The position numbers and the translations under genes are program-made. The notes below the pieces were generated by a model. It was not told the DNA's origin, searched no databases, and was given only the letters and a program-made list of their open reading frames with translations. Positions 58,275 to 64,000 of a stretch of 64,000 nucleotides of DNA are shown in pieces; the stretch's first letter is position 1; every line of letters begins with the position of its first letter. Location: the sequence record DRR723986_9380, one strand, 5' to 3'.

Positions 58275-58864
58275 ATGAAGAGATTATTCTTAGCATTCTT
58301 TTGCTTTTCTTTCTTTAATGGTAATGGACAGAATATTGATTTTTGCCATGAACTAAAGTCTATAAAAGACTTGGTGCAATCCTCGCACTATCAGCCTAAG
58401 CCAGTTAATAATAGTTTATCTAAACATGTCTTTAAACTTTTCTTAGATCAAATAGATAGTGATAAACACTTCTTCACAAGAGCTAAGGCAGAAAGTGCAA
58501 AAGAAGGTCTAGAAATTTTAAAAACGGTAGAGCTTTATAAAAATGATAAGTCAATTGCTATGGCAACCAAAAAAGTCTTTGAATTCTTTATAGATGAAGC
58601 TGAAAATAAAATACCTGTAATGGAGGATTTTTTAGTGTCTAAAGAAGATTTAGACAAAACTGCTGCGGCATTAGAAAAAACACCACAGCGCAAACGTACA
58701 AAAGAACAAATTGATGGTTACAATGATTTGGTGAATGCCTTTAATAAAGGTGTAAAATAGTTTAATAAAATAAATGGGAATTAAATATTAAACGCCAAAC
58801 GGTTATTAATAATCTAAATGCAGCCAATCAGAAGTTTTTAAGTAAACATATTCCTAACGATTAA
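58275..58864 (+). pseudogene. Deletion-fusion pseudogene: N-terminus of a Prc/Tsp-type C-terminal processing protease joined to the decayed C-terminus of a helical protein
   Basis: First ~68 aa (HYQPKPVNNSLSKHVFKLFLDQIDSDKHFF) are Tsp-like. After TAG at 58758 and a frameshift near 58777 the reading continues ELNIKRQTVINNLNAANQKFLSKHIPND*. Confidence 0.7.
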
Positions 58865-58933
58865 CAGAAATACTTAAATTTGTCAAGCCTAACTAGGCGC
58901 AAATAATTCTTTATAACCTTATAATTTCAAACT

Positions 58934-59680
58934 ATGGGAAGAGCTTTTGAATTTAGAAAAGCAAGAAAAATGAAACGTTGGTCCGCCATGAGCAAGGCCT
59001 TTACCAGAATAGGTAAAGATATTGTAATGGCTGTAAAAGAAGGAGGACCAGACCCAGATAGTAACTCTCGCCTTAGAGCTGTAATACAGAATGCTAAGTC
59101 AGTAAACATGCCTAAGGATAATATTGAGCGTGCTATAAAACGTGCCAGTGATAAAAATCAGGGAGATTACAAAGAAGTCCTTTTTGAAGGTTATGCGCAA
59201 CATGGAATAGCCATTCTTATAGAAACAGCTACAGATAATAATACTCGCACTGTGGCTAATGTACGATCGTATTTTAATAAGTGCGATGGTAGTTTAGGTA
59301 CACAAGGCTCAGTTGTTTTTATGTTTGATCACACCTGTAATTTTAAAATTAAAGGAGACGATTTAGATCTTGAAGAATTAGAGTTAGAATTAATAGATTT
59401 TGGTGTTGAAGAAATCTTTGAAGATACCGACGAAGATGCTGACGGTAATGAGCATAACAGTGTAATGATTTATGCACCTTTTGAAAGTTTTGGCAGCATA
59501 CAGTCGTATTTAGAAGAAAATAATATTGAGATTATTTCTTCTGGTTTTGAGCGTATTCCACAAGTCACAAAAAAGCTAACAGCAGAAAAAATGGAAGATG
59601 TAGAAAAGCTTATAGAAAAGCTAGAGGAAGATGATGATGTGCAAAACGTTTATCATACTATGGAAGAAACCACTGAATAA
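58934..59680 (+). CDS. yebC: YebC/PmpR-family protein
   Basis: GGPDPDSNSRLR, NMPKDNIERAIK, TDNNTRT and LEEDDDVQNVYH; TAAATTTG promoter at 58875-58882. Confidence 0.95.
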   Translation: MGRAFEFRKARKMKRWSAMSKAFTRIGKDIVMAVKEGGPDPDSNSRLRAVIQNAKSVNMPKDNIERAIKRASDKNQGDYKEVLFEGYAQHGIAILIETATDNNTRTVANVRSYFNKCDGSLGTQGSVVFMFDHTCNFKIKGDDLDLEELELELIDFGVEEIFEDTDEDADGNEHNSVMIYAPFESFGSIQSYLEENNIEIISSGFERIPQVTKKLTAEKMEDVEKLIEKLEEDDDVQNVYHTMEETTE

Positions 59681-59703
59681 CACTATTAAAAATATATATT
59701 TCT

Positions 59704-59730
59704 AAAGAGGGTTTCTGCCCTCTTTTTTTT
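59704..59730 (+). terminator. Intrinsic terminator
   Basis: AAAGAGGGT-ttct-GCCCTCTTT followed by a T-run. Confidence 0.85.
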
Positions 59731-59827
59731 AGCCTTAATTAGCTTAACACTATAAGGACAAATTGAGAATGTTAAAAAATATATTGAGAAATAGTAATAA
59801 TTTTATAGAGCCGATAATAACGTTGAG

Positions 59828-60020
59828 TAATACTACATATAATTCATTGCTAGTACTCGCCTACTCACAAAAACCCATACGGATTTTCTATACGATTTCT
59901 ATCCTGAATTGATCAACATTCAGGATAAGAAGACTACTCAAATCCATAGAAGAATTGTCCAATTTTATTAATGAAGTCTTAGAAAATAAATTACTAAGCA
60001 CAACAACGTATATAATTCCA
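59828..60020 (+). repeat. Degenerate Flavobacteriaceae interspersed or cassette-boundary repeat fragments
   Basis: Two similar heads (ACTACATATAATTC ~59832 and ACAACGTATATAATTC ~60003) plus ATTGCTAGTACTCGCCTACT…CGGATTTTCTAT. Family resemblance is from memory. Confidence 0.45.
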
Positions 60021-60070
60021 TATATTTACTTTTTATAGTTTAAGTTATAACCCATTTGATTATTACATAA

Positions 60071-62302
60071 TTGGAAAACATTCCCAAAACAGGTTTTAAA
60101 GGATTAATTGAAAATTGGCAAAGCGATTTAATCGCTGCAGTGAGTGTAGCGCTTATTGCCTTACCACTTTCATTAGGTATTGCGTTAGCTGCCGGAGCAC
60201 CTGCAATGGCTGGTATCTTCTCTGCGGTTATTGGTGGTGTGGTTACAACACTTTATCGTGGTGGACACATTTCAGTAAACGGACCTGCCAAAGGAGTCAT
60301 TGGAGTTATTCTGTTAGGTATTGCCATAATGGACGATGGTACTGGGCAAGCCTTTAATTATGTATTGGCTGCAGTAGTGGTGTCTGGAGCCTTACAAATG
60401 TTACTCGGTATTTTAAAACTGGGGAGATTAGCGGATATCTTTCATAGTACTATAATCCATGGCATATTAGCAGCTATTGGAATTATCATTTTTGCCAAGC
60501 AGATCCATGTGGCCATGGGTACCCATTCTGATAGTCCCAGCATTATTCAAAACCTCATTGATGCCGTTTTATTTATACCTCAAGCAAATCCATTTGTTGT
60601 CATAATAGCTTTAGCTGGCTTACTTTTATTACTGTTTCATTCAAAAATTAGTAATCGATTTTTTCATATTTTACCAGCGCCAATGTGGGTTATCGCCCTT
60701 TCTATACCTCTGGTTTATGCCTTTAATTTTTTCGATCCACATTCACTTTCATTCTTTGGGAAAACTTATGAAGTTGGACCAAATTTACTATTAGATATTC
60801 CTGATACAATTTTGGATTCCATTATGCATCCCAACTTCGGAAAAATTAATACCATAGAATTCTGGACGACCGTATTTTCCATCTTAATTATAACGAGCAT
60901 AGAGTCTTTAGCAATTGCAAAAGCGGTAGATAAAATTGATCCATACCGACGAAAAACTGATTTAAATAAGGATTTAACTGGTATAGGTTTTAGTACCATG
61001 ATTGCTGGTTTAATTGGTGGTTTGCCAATAATAGCCGTAATTATTAGAAGTACTGTGAATATTCATAATGGAGCTAAAACCAAGTGGTCTAACATGTATC
61101 AAGGACTTTTGCTATTACTTTTTATTGTAGTGTTGAGTCCAATTATGAGACAAGTCCCGTTATGTGCTTTTGCAATTTTACTGGTATATACTGGCTTTAA
61201 ATTAGCATCGCCAGCCGTTTTTAAGCAAATTTATAATCAAGGTACAGAACAACTCGTCTTCTTTGTTGGCACTATGGTTTTGACGCTTTACACCAATTTG
61301 TTGGTTGGTTTAATGGGTGGATTATTATTAGCATTGATTATGCATATGCTATTGGCTAGAGTTAGTATTCCACAATTCTTTAAAATGGTGTACAAATCTC
61401 GCACAAAATTAATGCAAGGTCCAGATGGCAGTTTTGATTTAAAGATTAGAGGTATCGCTAACTTCTTAGGCATTTTAAAGGTAGATAAGCTCGTGGCCCA
61501 AATTCCAGATGGTGCTAATGTAAATATCGATTTATCAGATACAAGATTAGTAGGACTCACCTATATGGACTATCTGGTGGAATACCTCAAAATTCAGAAA
61601 GCAACAGGAGGTGAAGTCTTTATAACTGGTCTAGACTCACATGTGTCTTCATCTACATACAATAGAGCTTTAAAATTGAGTTTAACAAATACAAATCTTA
61701 AATTATCGCAACGACAAAAACGATTACGAAATTTAGCGACTGAGAAAGACTATGAATTTTCGAGTCAAGTAGATTGGAATACCATTTATTTAAAGAAATT
61801 CCACTTTTTTGAAATCAGACCAATTGAGCGCAAATATAATTGCCTTAAAGGATCATTTGTAGATTTAAATGTATCATGGGAAATTGCAGATATCACATTT
61901 AACGAAGGTCAGGCGTTTACAGCTGAAACATTCAATACAACCCTTATGGTCTTAAAATTAAACAGAAAAATACCTGTTTTTACTATGGAAAAAGAGGCTG
62001 TATTAGACAAGTTATTTGATCGTGTTATGGCATTTACAGGCTATAAGGATATTGATTTTGAGATGTATCCAGACTTTTCTAAAAATTTTTTACTCATGGG
62101 TAATAATGAAGCGGAGATTCGTTCATTCTTTACCGATGACATTGTACGTTTCTTTGAAAATCAGCAGATTTATCATTTAGAGAGTAATGGAGAAGCACTA
62201 ATTATATTCGATAAAATTAAATTAGCTCGTACCGATGAAACTATAGGGTTTATTAATTATGCTAAAGAATTGGCCAAGGTTTTAAATGCTAAAATGACTT
62301 AA
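60071..62302 (+). CDS. SulP/SLC26 anion transporter with STAS-like domain and extra C-terminal domain
   Basis: DLIAAVSVALIALPLSLGIALA, SVNGPA, ESLAIAKAVD and GGLPIIAVIIRS; TTG start. Confidence 0.92.
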   Translation: MENIPKTGFKGLIENWQSDLIAAVSVALIALPLSLGIALAAGAPAMAGIFSAVIGGVVTTLYRGGHISVNGPAKGVIGVILLGIAIMDDGTGQAFNYVLAAVVVSGALQMLLGILKLGRLADIFHSTIIHGILAAIGIIIFAKQIHVAMGTHSDSPSIIQNLIDAVLFIPQANPFVVIIALAGLLLLLFHSKISNRFFHILPAPMWVIALSIPLVYAFNFFDPHSLSFFGKTYEVGPNLLLDIPDTILDSIMHPNFGKINTIEFWTTVFSILIITSIESLAIAKAVDKIDPYRRKTDLNKDLTGIGFSTMIAGLIGGLPIIAVIIRSTVNIHNGAKTKWSNMYQGLLLLLFIVVLSPIMRQVPLCAFAILLVYTGFKLASPAVFKQIYNQGTEQLVFFVGTMVLTLYTNLLVGLMGGLLLALIMHMLLARVSIPQFFKMVYKSRTKLMQGPDGSFDLKIRGIANFLGILKVDKLVAQIPDGANVNIDLSDTRLVGLTYMDYLVEYLKIQKATGGEVFITGLDSHVSSSTYNRALKLSLTNTNLKLSQRQKRLRNLATEKDYEFSSQVDWNTIYLKKFHFFEIRPIERKYNCLKGSFVDLNVSWEIADITFNEGQAFTAETFNTTLMVLKLNRKIPVFTMEKEAVLDKLFDRVMAFTGYKDIDFEMYPDFSKNFLLMGNNEAEIRSFFTDDIVRFFENQQIYHLESNGEALIIFDKIKLARTDETIGFINYAKELAKVLNAKMT

Positions 62303-62477
62303 GTATTTAAAAAACTTTTGATTTCTGACTACCTCTATGTTAAAAACAATTATTTTAATAAGTCTTTAATTGTGCACATTGCTTTCTATTCAGATTGTAT
62401 TTGTTAAATTAGATTTATAAACAAGCTACGTATTATAAACTTCACTTTAATAGGTTTTATTCACCAAAATATTTTTT

Positions 62478-62855
62478 ATGAAAGTCACTACCGAGAAAAA
62501 CGAACAGGTTGCAAATATGGTTTTCGGATCAATATATCCGCACTACCTAAGTAGATTAGAGCGAAATGGAAGAACCAAGGAAGAACTCAACCAAGTAATT
62601 GAATGGTTTACGGGTTACGATTCTAAGACCTTGCAAAAGCTAATTGATGATAAAGTAACCTTCAAAACATTTTTTGATAATGCCAAAATTCATCCAAAGG
62701 AACATTTAATAAAAGGAGTTGTATGTGGTTACAGAATTGAGGAAATAGAAGATGAATTTATATTGTATAAGCAATGTAGACAAATGGAAAAGCTCATCGA
62801 CGAACTAGCTAGAGGACGTAAAATGGAAAAAATACTGAGAGAAGAAAAGAAATAA
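62478..62855 (+). CDS. DUF2200-family protein
   Basis: FGSIYPHY, GRTKEEL…WFTGY, IKGVVCGYRIEEI and KLIDELARG. Confidence 0.88.
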   Translation: MKVTTEKNEQVANMVFGSIYPHYLSRLERNGRTKEELNQVIEWFTGYDSKTLQKLIDDKVTFKTFFDNAKIHPKEHLIKGVVCGYRIEEIEDEFILYKQCRQMEKLIDELARGRKMEKILREEKK

Positions 62856-62934
62856 AAGTGTAGGTTTTTATTTATTTGATTTAAAGAGAAACATTTAAAA
62901 TCATATATTGAATTTTACAAAATTAACTTCTAAT

Positions 62935-63420
62935 ATGACATTAACATCTATTATTTTCAATATTCAAGGTATCGGCTACACATCTCAATTAAGTATTGAA
63001 CAAATTACATCAAAAATTGAAAGTATTTGTAAAGTTAAGTCTTCTGGTATATCTGGTAGATTTACTGAAAATACTGAATTTACAGTTTTTGATACTATGA
63101 ATGTTATTGGTTGGAGTATGCCAAATCTTAAGCGTAAATTAGCCTATGCATTTGGCAATTTAACACCTAATAGCAAGGGTACAACAATATCATTGCGTAT
63201 AAAGCCAAATTCAATGTTACCGCTTTTTGCAATTGTTGCCATGCTAGGTGGTTCCATTTTTACTTTAGTCGTACTTTCTATGTCAAATGAGTCAACCTAT
63301 TATCTGGTATTTGGCATAGGATTACTATTATTAGGAATTGCACATTACCCCATAAGTACCTGGTTGAGCAATAGACTTAGGAATAGGATTGAGAAATATT
63401 TAGAACTAACTCAAATTTAG
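62935..63420 (+). CDS. Hypothetical membrane protein with two C-terminal TM helices
   Basis: ORF with two hydrophobic segments; ATG 62935 preferred over TTG 62908. Confidence 0.6.
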   Translation: MTLTSIIFNIQGIGYTSQLSIEQITSKIESICKVKSSGISGRFTENTEFTVFDTMNVIGWSMPNLKRKLAYAFGNLTPNSKGTTISLRIKPNSMLPLFAIVAMLGGSIFTLVVLSMSNESTYYLVFGIGLLLLGIAHYPISTWLSNRLRNRIEKYLELTQI

Positions 63421-63453
63421 TTGTAATAAAAATTCCAAAACCACATATCTAAA

Positions 63454-63804
63454 ATGCCTAAAACATTATACAGAATATATGTTGTTGAGCTGTCTAAACG
63501 TGTGTTTACTGAAAACAGAAAATTTAGAACTGCTAATCCTCAATTTAATGGTGTATTAGAATGTTTGTACGTAGGTATGACAAGTAAGACTCCTAAAGAG
63601 CGTTTTGAACAGCACAAGTCTGGTTACAAAACAAAAAAAGGTTTTAAAATTTCATCAAGTATTGTAGAAAAATATGGTTTGTACTTAAGACCTAGTCTTT
63701 ATAACCACATCGATCCATTTCTAACTAGAAAGGAAGCGTTGATAGCGGAAGAACAAATTGCACTTGAATTGAGGCGTGCTAAATACGCGGTATGGTATAA
63801 TTAA
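63454..63804 (+). CDS. Stand-alone GIY-YIG-like nuclease-domain protein
   Basis: YRIYVVEL…LYVGMT…ERFEQH…EALIAE pattern. Confidence 0.75.
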   Translation: MPKTLYRIYVVELSKRVFTENRKFRTANPQFNGVLECLYVGMTSKTPKERFEQHKSGYKTKKGFKISSSIVEKYGLYLRPSLYNHIDPFLTRKEALIAEEQIALELRRAKYAVWYN

Positions 63805-64000
63805 ATGACTAAAAACTCTTTTAGTGTTTCATTGTATATTCTTTCATATTGAGGAACTATCTCATGAATATCAAACTTTAAAGATTGTGCTTTAGCATTT
63901 GCTTTAAATTTGGCTAATGTATCCGAATCCTTTAAAATTCTTAAAGCATTCTTAGTCATATCATTAACAGCATTAACATCACTTAAATAACCAGAATAGC
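63801..64000 (-). CDS. bshA: 3' end of a GT4 glycosyltransferase, most like bacillithiol biosynthesis BshA (partial)
   Basis: Minus-strand frame YSGYLSDVNAVNDMTKNALRIL…FKANAKAQSLKFDIHEIVPQYERIY…*; truncated by the window edge. Confidence 0.65.
   Translation of the reverse strand, partial: YSGYLSDVNAVNDMTKNALRILKDSDTLAKFKANAKAQSLKFDIHEIVPQYERIYNETLKEFLVI

Noticed and set aside
59756-59794. GQIENVKKYIEK* as an IS200/RAYT transposase tail
   Set aside because: Only 12 residues, no HUH motif, and another frame explains the region equally well.
2558-61560. Short track ORFs antisense to or nested in long genes (e.g. 2558, 6439, 8400, 18115, 28571, 32311, 41741, 51374, 55166, 60115, 61288)
   Set aside because: Shadow frames of well-supported genes, with no motifs or expression signals of their own.
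63454-63804. GIY-YIG gene as a homing endonuclease or mobile element
   Set aside because: Catalytic domain only, with no intron, DNA-binding tail or flanking repeats.

Overview
AT-rich chromosomal window of a marine Flavobacteriaceae (Bacteroidota). The assignment rests on type IX secretion (T9SS) cargo genes, TAnnTTTG promoters and A-rich leaders without Shine-Dalgarno sites. The left 24 kb is a surface/motility region: an sprC-sprD-sprB-sprF-type gliding adhesin operon with a 2739-aa SprB-like adhesin, a membrane-anchored winged-helix regulator and a T9SS-secreted metallophosphoesterase. The rest is mostly housekeeping: an EF-G2 paralog, helicase, Hsp20, 2-oxoacid dehydrogenase E1, ung, MutS2, aroC, gcvT, yebC, SulP and a partial bshA. 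No rRNA, tRNA, CRISPR array or intact transposase was seen. Best leads: (1) a tightly coupled operon of a GshB-like ATP-grasp ligase, N-formylglutamate amidohydrolase and QEGLA/MATCAP-like zinc carboxypeptidase, resembling a peptide ligation/removal system rather than glutathione synthesis; (2) an unannotated ECF-promoter unit encoding tandem 'MRTL' micropeptides; (3) an orphan minus-strand sRNA candidate; (4) a shared TTCATCGAT-like repeat upstream of gliding/T9SS genes; (5) several gene-decay scars. All calls come from reading the sequence and recalling family motifs; no database searches were run.
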